From positions 1 through 43,436 of the forward strand of contig NW_021835122.1 of assembly GCF_006345805.1 (NCBI RefSeq): 43,436 bases of DNA, written 5' to 3'. How positions within the stretch are numbered: the first letter of the stretch is position 1; the number at the start of each line of letters is the position of its first letter. This DNA comes from Octopus sinensis. Taxonomy: Eukaryota. A program made the position numbers and the translations under genes. Positions 24,681 through 36,052 of this stretch are shown here, in pieces. The notes under the pieces were generated by a model. It saw only the letters and a program-made list of their open reading frames with translations. It had not been told where the DNA came from and did not search any database.

Positions 24681-25729
24681 TATGATACAACTTCAGTCAA
24701 TAGGGGACACCAACGCTTCTAAGAGTATGTATTTATATAACGTAAATACTTGGTTGCACATTGCCATTCATTAAACAGTAAATTGTTCTTAAACTGCTTT
24801 TGGACAGTTTTGTGTAATCCCTCCCCCCTTTTTTTTTTGCTTGCCTAATTAAGTCAGAAACACTAAATGACTGTCGTTTCAATAGCTTGTTGCCTCAGGC
24901 GTATGGTTTGTCTTGTGTAGCTCAATTCCAAACCTATTAAATTATATAACGTAATACAACTATTTACATTCATAACTATTCAATAGACTATTTAATAGGA
25001 CTGGACCTCTTTTCACTTTTTGAAAACGGATTTTGTTTTTATTAACAACAGATTTTCATGGGAAGAAAAGAGATGAAAACATTAAAAGTATAAAAGACCA
25101 AATTATCGAGAAAAAAACCCTATAATTACCTCATCAAGGAAACAAAACAAAAAAAAAAAAAAGGTGAGTGTTAAGCAGTAGATCGTGGGGTGGGGAGTAA
25201 AGGGTTGTACCCCCTCGTAGAATCTCTATCGTATCTTCCGTTCCACACCCCTTTCTATTTTGTAAAATATCCTTCATCCAATACTAACAACTTTCAGCGA
25301 TCAAGTTCCACGGTGGAAGCTGCTGGAACCGAGGGTGCATTTACCCGTGATAGAGCTGCAGTCTCATATCCCACCTTTGTTAACTCGGTTAAAAGTTTTT
25401 GTACAGCCCTGCTTCTATTATATTTGCTACTTCTTTCCTTCAATACATCGTACAAACTACTTAACCAATCTTTCTTTCCAGAAACGCGTCTGTTTTTTTC
25501 CCCCATTTTCGATTGAATATTGAAATAAAATGTTAACGATATTTCATAAACAACACTCGAACTGTTTACACATCGGTTGCCAGGTCTCGGTTTTGCCGAT
25601 CGCGCTAAAGAGAGGTCATGCCCTAAATTAGAGATACATGAATGCTATTTTATCACTACTAGACTGACTTCACAAGTGGTCAGTTAGTTAGCGCTTGCAA
25701 GATAATCTATTCTACAAATGTACATACAC

Positions 25730-26045
25730 AAAGGAATAGTCAACACATCTCACAAACGATAGACATTGCTTTCAAAAGTCTGGCAGTGAATCTACTGTTA
25801 TTTTTCTGTCTCAGTTGCTTACATTAAACTAAGAGATTAACAATTTTGCGTTCAAATATCTCCATTTCTTGACAGTCTACCAGAGTCAGTCAACAATATC
25901 TATCAATACTGTCTGTCTTCTGCATTTGCCTCAATAACAAAACCATCAAGGTTCCCTATAATATCGTGTCTGCCTCGAATGGCCCTAGTTGGAGACTCTC
26001 CTGTTTCAGGAAGATGGCATCATCCATGTATCTAAATATTCCGTG
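25730..26045 (-). pseudogene. decayed non-LTR RT fragment
   Basis: Minus strand GIFRYMDDAIFL (YxDD at 26019-26030), followed by weak matches to downstream RT motifs; interrupted by stops. Confidence 0.4.
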
Positions 26046-26187
26046 TGCTTTGTCTATTTTCATCTCATATCTCTCTCTCCTTTCTTTTTCTTCCCTTCAT
26101 TTATTTAGACAAACCCCCTCACACACAGAAAACTGTTCTTGTGATGTTCGCCTCATCTGATACTCCGGCGACAAATAAAAGACACAG

Positions 26188-26453
26188 AGTGAGTTAAATC
26201 ATTATCACGTCTGACAAAATGCTCAACAACATTTCTTCCGGATGGTTACGTTCTGCGTTCAAATTCCGCCGAGGAGGATCATGCATTTTATCCTTTCGAG
26301 GGTCGATGAAATAAAGTACCAGTCAAGTATTGAGGTCGACGTAATCCATTTACCCACTTTCCTTCAAATTTACTACCTCGATTAATTAAGTACCGGTGAA
26401 TCGACTACTCCTTTATCCCAAAATTTCAGGCCTTGTGCCTTAAGTAGTAAGGG
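26188..26453 (+). mobile_element. SINE family A (old copy plus a second 3' part)
   Basis: TACGTTCTGCGTTCAAATTCCGCCGAGG...GGGTCGATGAAATAAAGTACCAG, then from 26378 a second TCGAT..AAGTACC...CAGGCCTTGTGCCT segment. Confidence 0.8.
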
Positions 26454-26463
26454 TTGTTGTTGC

Positions 26464-26530
<67 letters not shown>

Positions 26531-26533
<3 letters not shown>

Positions 26534-28640
26534 TAGTTTTATTTTTTATAGCGTGCCTATTTTTTATAGCTCTGTGTGCCTTGGGTATGTGCTGTGGTTT
26601 GTTGTGATGAAGAGGTCTGTAAATTGTAAGGAGACAAGCTATCGGTCTGTTGTGATGTTCTGATGGTTACTGTATTGAAAGTGTTCTGCGTAGGATGTGT
26701 GCAGTGCCTAGTAGTGCAATTTTCTGCGTTATATATATTTTTAAGTCCTGGTGTTTTTGTTATGTATTTGTCTGAATATTTTTTCATTATGCCTAATGCG
26801 CCTACTATGATAGGAATTGTTTCTGTTTTTAGATTCCACATTCTACTTACCTCTATTTCCAGGTCTTTGTATTTTGAAAGTTTCTCAATTCTTTTAGAGA
26901 AACGTTGTCGTCTGTTGGTATTGATACATCAAGTAGAAAGCATTTTTTTCTTCATGATCTCTGACAACTATATCTGGCCTATTGGCCTTAATTTCTCTAT
27001 TTTGATTAGTTCATTTAGTATCCAGTTAAGGATATTGTTGTTGTAACTTATAACTGTGACAGCTAGAGTGTTGATACTTATTGTCTTGTTTTTCGCATTG
27101 AGCCCTGTTTTCAATATTAATCTAACTCGTTTATAGTATTCATTTTTAATTTTCTATTTCATTTCTGTATGTTGTATCGTATCTAGTTCATTGATTCTTA
27201 AGCATTTGTATGTCTGGCATTGGTCTAATTCTCTTATTTCATTTGCTTTATCTAGTGTGATGTTGATACTCTTAACTAGTTTTTCTCTTTTCAAGGTTGC
27301 TTAGGCACATTTTTCTAAGTCAAATTTCATGTTTATTTCCTTGGTAAATCTATGTACTGTCTGTAGTAATGTTTCCAGCTGTTTATCATTTGTAGCGTAC
27401 AATTTTAGATCATCCATATATAAGAGGTAGTTGATTGTTTTGCCGTAACATTTGTAGCCACATCCAGTTCTGTTTAGTACGAAAAATAAAGGTGTCAGTG
27501 CCAAGCAGAAAAGGAGTGGAAAGAGCGTGTCTCCCCGGAATATTCCTCTTCTAATGGGGATGGCTTTGGTTTTCACGAGTCCCTCTTTTGTCTGGAGCTG
27601 TAGCACTGTCTCCCATTTATTCATGGAATGTATTATATATTTTACGATTATTGGTGCTACCTTGTTCATGGCTAGTGTTTCTTGGATCTATGTGTGGGAA
27701 ATACTATCAAAAGCTTTTCAGTAATCCATCCAGGCTATACTTAGACCCTTTCTTATTTTTGCGGCTGTCTTCAGTTATGGCCTTATTGACCATTAGTTGA
27801 TCTTTACAGCCGTATGAGCACTTGCAGCCCTTCTGCTCTTCTGGAAACAGGTTGTTTTCTTCCAGATGTTTGCTCAATCTCTGCGATATTATTACAGTAA
27901 AGGCTTTGTAAATTGTAAGGAGACAAGCTATCGGTCTGTAATTTTGTGGGTTTGCCCTTTCAGTGGATTTAGGTATTAGGATAGTTTTCCCTTCTTTGAG
28001 CCATTCAGGCATTGTCTCTGGCTCTGCTAGCATTTCATTAAATTTCTCAGCCAGCTTTTTATATGTTCCTGTCAGGTATTTTAACCAGAAGTGGGGAATC
28101 CTATCTTGCCCACGTGCCTTCCAGTTGCTTAGTTTTTGTAGTGCCTGGGTGACCTCTTCAGCTGATATAGGGGGTCCAGAGTCGTTCAGATGCTGAGTTC
28201 GTTGTTTTAATAGTCCTTTTCTGAGGTTGTTCCTTCGCCGACCATATTTCTTTCCAAAATTCTTCCACTTCTGGCGATGATGATGACGATGACGATGATA
28301 TTTTTGTTCTTTTCTTGTTGCTTAGTAGTGTTGATTGTTTATTAATTTCTTTAAGGATTGACGAATCTTTTCTCGTGTTTTCTATTTTTACCTGAATATT
28401 ATTTATCCACAGGGGTTTTTGAGCTGGTGATACTCTTGTTTGGATGGGTTTAACAGAGGTATCCAGATTCTTTTGTGGCCACAGAGGTTGCTACATATAT
28501 GATATCATTTAGCTTGGTCATATTGACATTTGTTTCTGTGGCTATTAGTTCTGTGACGGCCAGGTTCATGCTATTTATTATTGATGTTGTTTTAGTATCA
28601 ATTTTAATTTTGAGGATGTACAATCGGTGGTCCATAATGA
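26531..28640 (-). mobile_element. decayed R4/Dong-clade non-LTR retrotransposon (RT plus restriction-like endonuclease)
   Basis: RT motifs QNYRPIACL, EEQKGC, RRGIFRGDTLFPLLFCLAL and LLYMDDLKLY; REL motif ANRPDIVVRDHEEK..CFLLDVSIP...KYKDLEIEVSRMWNLKTETIPIIVGALG. The 3' end abuts (TAA)n. Multiple frameshifts, stops and deletions. Confidence 0.92.
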
Positions 28641-28658
28641 GATTGGATTGGATCGTAA

Positions 28659-28961
28659 TGTGGCGAGTGTGTTTACATGTGTTGTGCGAGCAGTGGAGAT
28701 GATGCACAATTAAAATACATCATTTCATTTGGAAAATAGAAATAAATTTTAGTATTTCTTACATGGATATATTCTAACACTTTTAATGAGTATTACTTGC
28801 TCGGGTATAATCCAACATTTTGTCAGTGTGGCGAGCGTGTTTACACGTGTTATGCGAGTGCTGGAGATGACACACAGTTAAAATATATTATTTCAATCGG
28901 AAAATACAAATAAATTTCAATGATTATTACTTACTCGGATATAGTCCAATTCTTTGCCAGT
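28659..28961. repeat. diverged direct repeat, period ~168 bp, 2 copies
   Basis: TGTGGCGAGyGTGTTTACAyGTGTTrTGCGAG starts at 28659 and again at 28827. Confidence 0.85.
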
Positions 28962-29052
28962 TATTTTAGGCTCCATTTGATGTCTCTATACCCGATGCTT
29001 TTGGACAGATTTCGGAGCAGTGTTTTATCGCTCTCACATGTTAAACGTCTCC

Positions 29053-29187
29053 CTTCTTCTTCTTCTTCTTCTTCTTCTTCTTCTTCTTCTTCTTCTTCTT
29101 CTTCTTCTTCTTCTTCTTCTTCTTCTTCTTCTTCTTCTTCTTCTTCTTCTTCTTCTTCTTCTTCCTCCTCCTCCTATCATCATCATT

Positions 29188-29220
<33 letters not shown>
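29053..29220. repeat. (CTT)n/(CCT)n/(ATC)n compound microsatellite
   Basis: About 110 bp of pure CTT, directly visible. Confidence 0.97.
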
Positions 29221-29221
<1 letters not shown>

Positions 29222-29404
29222 CAGAATGGTTAGCAGGCCTTGCGAAATGCTTAGTGGAATTTCGTCCATCTTTACGTTCTGAGTTCAAATTCTGTCGAGG
29301 TTGACTTTGCCTTTCATCCTTTTGGAGTCGATAAATTAAGTACCGGTAAATCGACTACTCCTTTTCTCCCCAAATTTCAGGCCTTGTGCCTTAAGTAGCA
29401 AGGG
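29222..29404 (+). mobile_element. SINE family A
   Basis: CAGAATGGTTAGCA...GAGTTCAAATTC (B-box-like)...GCCTTTCATCCTTTTGGAGTCGATAAATTAAGTACC, followed by a (TAT)n tail. Confidence 0.88.
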
Positions 29405-29414
29405 TTGTTGTTGC

Positions 29415-29457
<43 letters not shown>

Positions 29458-30031
29458 TGTGTTTGTGTGTGTGTGTGTCTACGGTACAGTATTATGTTTA
29501 TGCGATAGTAACCTACATCTCTCTACCCAAACAATGCATTCCTGCTTCCCTAACCACATCGCTACAACGGTTTATCTCCCACTTCCATATTGCAACATTT
29601 TAATACAAACTGACAGCTCTATCAGACTACAGTTGCCGTTGCAACAGAATATATATGGTGCAGTGCATGTATTTTATATAGATATATACATCTCCTGACA
29701 GCACACTGCATCAGGCTGCACCTTTATTATAATTCCTGCCTCACCCCTTACAATCCATTAGATATAATTAAGAAGGAACCCTTAAAATTCATGGTTGATT
29801 ACGAAATTATACATAAGATTGATGAGTTTCGCTTGTAGAAGCGAACATCAAATGGGAAGAGAACATTTTGTAGTGGAGGTGGGGGTTGGGGTAGGGATGG
29901 TAGGTGGGAAGAGAATGGAAAGGATGTGACGTGGCGGAAGTGCACTTGCTGCGGTATGAATCAATATAAAGGAGAGCAGAGGGATCTTTGAGGGGAAATA
30001 AAACAGCGGCAATGATGTAAGAGATAGGAGA

Positions 30032-30044
30032 GGATGGTGACGGC

Positions 30045-30075
<31 letters not shown>

Positions 30076-30081
30076 ATAATA

Positions 30082-30116
<35 letters not shown>

Positions 30117-30422
30117 AAGCATGATGATGATGATAATAAGCATGATGATGATGATGATGATAAGCATGATGATGATGATAATGATGATGATGATAATGAT
30201 GATGATGATGATGACGATGATGACGATGACGGTGATGAGGATGAAGATGACGACGACGACGACGATGATGATAATGACGATGATGATGAGGAGAAGGAAG
30301 ATGGCTGTGATGTTGATTACAGTGATGATGATGATGCTGGTAATTATTGTGGTAATGATGATGGTGATGTTGCTGCTGATGATAATAATTAGATGATGGT
30401 AATGGCTAGATGATGATGATGG

Positions 30423-30456
<34 letters not shown>

Positions 30457-30500
30457 GGGGGTGGCGTTGATTGTGGTGGTAGTGATGATGGTAGTGGTGG
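30032..30500. repeat. degenerate (GAT)n/(GGT)n low-complexity tract
   Basis: Directly visible. Confidence 0.95.
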
Positions 30501-30840
30501 AGGAGCTAATGAAAGGATGCTGATGTTGGGGATGACAAGGAAGCAAGAGTAAGAAATAGAAATAATAAAGTAAAAAAAACAAAAGGAACATAGAGTCACG
30601 TGGTAAGAAACCTTTGCAGATCGTCGCAGACTTGTGGCGGTTCATTCCTTGGAGAAGTCTTGCACAAGAGCCTATGATATATGACCTACAGTCTTAACAA
30701 CTTCCGGTCACCGTGTTCCTCATTCTTATTGGTTATTTCATTCAGGCAACAGTAGTATATATGTTATACATGTCATACACTGTATGTCACTATAAGTCCA
30801 GCATCACCGGAGGACAGAAAATAATTGTTTATATATATAC

Positions 30841-30904
<64 letters not shown>

Positions 30905-30907
<3 letters not shown>

Positions 30908-31105
30908 CATGATAGATCGGTAGTCACCAGACACATTTTTTCTCTCCTTGTTTCTCTCCTTGTTTTTTCTGTGTCCCTTTCTGTAGAAGAGCGTAGGCTC
31001 AAAACGTAAAAGACTTTTTCTATTCCTGAGCGCTATACTAATACATCTGTTTGTTTTGTACACCACCTGTCTTCGTCTTTTCTTGTTTTTTTCGTGAACT
31101 CTCCC
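30905..31105 (+). mobile_element. short hammerhead-like (Penelope-like) repeat in (TA)n
   Basis: CTTT-CTGTAGA-A-GAGC(GTAG)GCTC-AAAA-CGTA-AAAG at 30977-31012 (two core lesions). (TA)n on both sides. Confidence 0.65.
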
Positions 31106-31129
31106 TATATATATACATACTTATTTATA

Positions 31130-31221
<92 letters not shown>

Positions 31222-31454
31222 GCATGTATGAAGTGTGTGGGGGGATCATATTCATTAATACATTATCCTGATGATTCTACCAATCTTGTACACACACACA
31301 TGTATGTATGTATATATGTATACGTATGTATCCATTTACTTTACATATACATACATGCATACACACATACGCACACCTATGTCTAAGCATACAATAATAT
31401 ATACATGCTTATATATGTATTTATGCATATATTATGAATCATACATATATAGAT

Positions 31455-31491
<37 letters not shown>

Positions 31492-31915
31492 ACACACACG
31501 CAGGTATGTGTGTATGAATGTGTGTCTGGGTGTAGGTAAATGTTGTCAATGCTTGAGATCCTTTAACCTTCCTCCGTCTGCCACTTAGATAAACTTTAAT
31601 TATATCCGAAGGCTGAACATGTTTTTAAAAAGTAATTTAGGGAAGTGTGTGTGTGTGTGTCTATGAGAGAGAGGGGGGAGGGAAAGCCTTATAAAAATTC
31701 ATAGAATCAGTGTTAATCGATAGTTCCAGCATAGTTAATGCTATTCACCCCTGCCATATTCCCAGCAATTCTTCAGACAAGCAGGCAGAGAGACAGACAG
31801 ACAGACAAACAGACGAGGAGGGAAACAGGCAGGCAGACAGGCAGGCAGGCAGTTATTCACAGCAGGAAAACATAGGAGCAGCCATTGCTTTTATTTGCTC
31901 TTTTCCTGCTTCTCG

Positions 31916-31917
31916 CT

Positions 31918-31948
<31 letters not shown>

Positions 31949-32340
31949 CCTCTACTACCAACACCACCATCATCATCATCATCATCCTCATCATCATCAT
32001 CATATTCATCATCATAATCAACATCATCATCATCGTTATTATCATCATCATCATCGTAATCATCATCACCACCACCAATCATTATCACCATCCCCATAAA
32101 TATCATCATCGGCATAATCATCATCATCACCATTTTGCATAATCATCATCATCATCGTCATTATCATCATCCTCATCATTGTCATCATCATTATCATCAT
32201 CATCATCATCATCACGAACATCATTCTCGTCGTTGTCATCATCATCATCATCATCATCTTCATCATCATCAGCAGCATCATCACCATCATCCTTCGCGTC
32301 GTTGTCATCATCGTCATCATCATCATCATCCTCATCGCCA
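31916..32340. repeat. degenerate (CAT)n low-complexity tract
   Basis: Directly visible. Confidence 0.95.
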
Positions 32341-32351
32341 CTATTGTTGCC

Positions 32352-32582
32352 CCCTTTTTTTTAAACCCTATTTCTGTTGAAATCCACTGTTTTTGTTTCA
32401 ATTTACTTTGAAAACGAAGAATTTGGTAAACTTACTTTGTCCCTTATTAATTTGGAACGTGTTTGGAAGCTGGATTAAGGCGAGATTTTGATGGAATAAG
32501 GTTTTAATTGGGATCACTTTAAAACAGAAGGATTCCATCATAGAACCAGGGGTCGGTTTCCGGCCGGTTGGTATTAAAAGGG
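32352..32582. mobile_element. possible piggyBac-type MITE (decayed)
   Basis: Ends CCCTTTT...ACC and GGTATTAAAAGGG form weak TIRs. The TTAA target duplication is not preserved. Confidence 0.4.
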
Positions 32583-32774
32583 TACCTGATAATGATAATG
32601 ATGATTATGGTGAGGAGGAGGGAGGGGAAGAGAGGAGGGGAGAGTGAAGGAGGCAGCGGAAGAATACATGATTAAATAGTGATTTAAATCTGGAAATATA
32701 AAAATATATGTATGTATACACACACACATATACACACATTCACACTCACACGGACACACACACACACACACACT

Positions 32775-32826
<52 letters not shown>

Positions 32827-32838
32827 ATATATATATGT

Positions 32839-33220
32839 GGAGGCGCAATGGCCCAGTGGTTAGGGCAACGGACTCGCGGTCATAGGATCGCGGTTTCGAT
32901 TCCCAGACCGGGCGTTGTGAGTGTTTATTGAGCGAAAACACCTAAAGCTTCACGAGGCTCCGGCAGGGAATGGTGGTGATCCCTGCTGTACTCTTTCACC
33001 ACAACTTTCTCTCACTCTTACTTCCTGTTTCTGTTGTACCTGTATTTCAAAGGGCCGGCCTTGTCACTCTCTGTGTCACACTGTATATCCCCGAGAACTA
33101 CGTTAAGGGTGCACGTGTCTGTGGAGTGCTCAGCCACTTACACGTTAATTTCACGAGCAGGCTGTTCCGTTGATTCGGATCAACCGGAACCCTCGTCGTC
33201 GTACCGACGGAGTGCTTCCA

Positions 33221-33221
<1 letters not shown>
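32839..33221 (+). mobile_element. SINE family C (tRNA-derived head), full length
   Basis: A box TGGCCCAGTGG (32849-32859) and B box GGTTTCGATTCC (32892-32903), followed by a ~310-bp body. Lies between (TA)n tracts. Confidence 0.85.
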
Positions 33222-33274
<53 letters not shown>

Positions 33275-33276
<2 letters not shown>

Positions 33277-33385
33277 TGGCATTCCATCGGTTACGAGAGT
33301 TCCAGTTGATCCGATCAACGGAAGAGCCTGCTCGTGAAATTAACGTGCAAGTGACAGAGCGCTCCGCAGACACGTGTACCCTTAA
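33275..33385 (-). mobile_element. SINE family C, 3' fragment (inverted)
   Basis: Reverse complement matches about 33103-33215. Confidence 0.88.
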
Positions 33386-33666
33386 AGGGTTGAGAAAAGA
33401 CACTTTTGTTTTTGGTCAAGTCCTCATCGACGTTTTCAAGTTACACTTAGAAAGGAAAGTGAGGCAATACTTCAACGAATTTCTCTTGTCTATGGCAAAA
33501 ATGGTTAAGGTTAATATAAGTGCACATGGAATGTGTCGTGAGATTAGAGGAGTGCAGTCGAGCAAAATTTACAAAGTTGGGGTTGATCTCAAATCTGTGC
33601 GGTTCTTGATTGATGCTAGTTGAAAGATCTTTCCTATCAGGACTGCATCACTTATTTTATAAACTA

Positions 33667-34061
33667 CTAGCAGTATCGCCCGGCGTTGCTCGGGTTTGTA
33701 AGGGAAATAACTATATAAGCATTTTTAGAGAGTTATAGCCAAAAAATAGCAAAAAAATGCATTAAAAATGGAAAAAAAATTATGGTAAATTTTTTTTAAA
33801 TCGTTGACACATCGTAGACATTTTTAGGGAATTACTTCCCTTATATAATAGCGAAAAAATGCATTAAAATGGAAAAAATGATGTTAAATTATTTTTAAAA
33901 TCGTAGACTCATCGTAGACGCGCGCTAATAGCCAGAAGGGCTCGATATGAATCACGACTAAAGATACCCGGTTTTGGTTAAACTGCACCGCAAAATGTGG
34001 GAGTAGTTAGGAATCTAAATCGTAGGAGACAGACACACAACTTCACTTTTATATATAAAGA
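33667..34061 (-). mobile_element. non-autonomous Helitron (395 bp)
   Basis: Minus strand starts TC (TCTTTATATATAAAAG) and ends CTAG, with the GC-rich hairpin CCCGAGCAACGCCGGG about 12 nt from the 3' end. Inserted between A and T with no TSD. Internal ~120-bp direct repeat. Confidence 0.88.
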
Positions 34062-34091
34062 TGTATATTTGGTCTATATGTTGTACATTAT

Positions 34092-34265
34092 GGTGAGAAT
34101 TTACAAAAAAAAAAAAATAATAATAAAATAAAATAAAGACGAAGGCGGATGTGTAAACAACAAACAGATGTATTAGGTGAAGGCTCGGGAAGTGAAAACG
34201 TCTTTAACGTTTCGAGCCTACGCTCTTCGACAGAAAGGAACACAGAAATAAACAGAGAGAGAAAG
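34092..34265 (-). mobile_element. short hammerhead-like (Penelope-like) repeat
   Basis: Minus strand CUUU-CUGUCGA-A-GAGC(GUAG)GCUC-GAAA-CGUU-AAAG at 34202-34237. Homologous to 30905-31105. Confidence 0.65.
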
Positions 34266-34671
34266 TATTATGTATACATTTTATTTCATCTCTTTCCTTC
34301 ATCTTTTTTCCTTTAACTTATATAAACTCTCATATAACCTGTAGTTCGAGTGAACGGAACTACTCTTGACATGCGCCCGTTAATTGAGGGAGGATAACAG
34401 CGAGAAAGCACTTGCCTTAAATGTCAGTGTGACCTTAGTTTTTGTGAGGTTTCCACGAATTGCCCTCGGAAGTAATTTTTCCTTTTTCGAAACTTATCTA
34501 TACTCTTCTTCGTTTTATTCGCTCCTTCAAATACTCTCGCATTGTGTCGTCCTGTTCCTTCCTCAATGTTTTTCTTGTGAACATTTGATGGTTCATAAAA
34601 TCGCTCTTTTGTTATTAGTAATATTACTTACAGCGAGCCAGCAGAAACATTCACTCATCGTACAAAATGAA

Positions 34672-34808
34672 TAGCGGTAGTTCGACCGTCTTTACTTTCT
34701 GAGTTCAAATCCTGCCGAGGGCGAGTTTGCCTTTCATTCTTTCTGGGTCGATAAAATAATTATCAGTTGAGTACATAGATCGACCCCACTAGACCCACCA
34801 AATTTTGG
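34672..34808 (+). mobile_element. SINE family A, partial
   Basis: TTCTGAGTTCAAATCCTGCCGAGG...TTTGCCTTTCATTCTTTCTGGGTCGATAAAATAA. Confidence 0.75.
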
Positions 34809-35005
34809 TACTACTACTACTACTACTACTACTAGTACTACTGTTGTTATTGTTTTCCGTACGGTCTTCAAAGTAATCGAGGATATCTGTTATAGCGAGC
34901 ATAACTGTCTTTTCACAACAAACAACGAAACTAAAAGGAAACAAATAAATATATAAATGTAATATATCTATACATATATATATATATATTATATATATAT
35001 ATATG

Positions 35006-35040
<35 letters not shown>

Positions 35041-35054
35041 ATATATATATATAT

Positions 35055-35107
<53 letters not shown>

Positions 35108-35585
35108 TATATCAACTTTAAAATACATAGTCACACACTGACACACAGACAGATGCACATATAAAATATACCTATCGACATATAAGCTTACATACAAACA
35201 TGTATGTACATCACACATATATAATATATATATATAATACAACAACAAGGAAAAAACAAAAAAAAAAACAAGCCACATATAAACTCCTCCCTCTCTGAAT
35301 CCACCCCCAACGTTGTTGTTGTTGTTGTTACTGCAGTCGTTACTTCTGCTGCACTATCGCCTATATCCACGCGCACCTGTTTCCATTCTGTTAAAATGTT
35401 GTTTTATTGGCGCGATAGTAGCGCCCCGGCCCCATCAGCCCCACCACTTCAACACGAAAGACAACCTTCAATGTTATCATTTTGTTGAAAAAAAAAAATA
35501 AATAAATAAAACATTCGCTTTATTCAGCTGACAACGAAAGCCATTCCAGTTTTCTCTCCTTTCCACTCATATCAAACTTCATCAA

Positions 35586-35616
<31 letters not shown>

Positions 35617-35684
35617 TTTATTTTTTTTTATTATTATCATTATATTATTTTTAACTGTTTTATTTTATATTATTATTATTATTA

Positions 35685-35718
<34 letters not shown>

Positions 35719-35818
35719 TATTATTATTATATTATATTATTTTTTTATATTATTTCATTATTATTATTTTTACTTTTTTATTATTATTTTTATTATTATA
35801 TTATTATCATATTATTAT

Positions 35819-35872
<54 letters not shown>

Positions 35873-35885
35873 CATCATCATCATT
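35586..35885. repeat. degenerate (TAT)n tract
   Basis: Directly visible. Confidence 0.95.
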
Positions 35886-36021
35886 ACCAGCAGCAGCAGT
35901 AACTTTTAGTTCTATTCAAATAATGTTTCATTCATTCATTCATTCCTTCATTCAGGGATGGGTTCTTTCTTTCTCTGTTGTCTTTATTTTCTTATTTCCT
36001 TATTTATTTAGTATTTTTTTA

Positions 36022-36052
<31 letters not shown>

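Noticed and set aside
27301-28033. Functional reverse transcriptase gene
   Set aside because: Split by frameshifts, stops and deletions; a retrotransposon relic.
32839-32915. Genuine tRNA gene
   Set aside because: A and B boxes are present but there is no convincing cloverleaf, and it continues into a body repeated at 33275 and 37112, so it is a SINE head.
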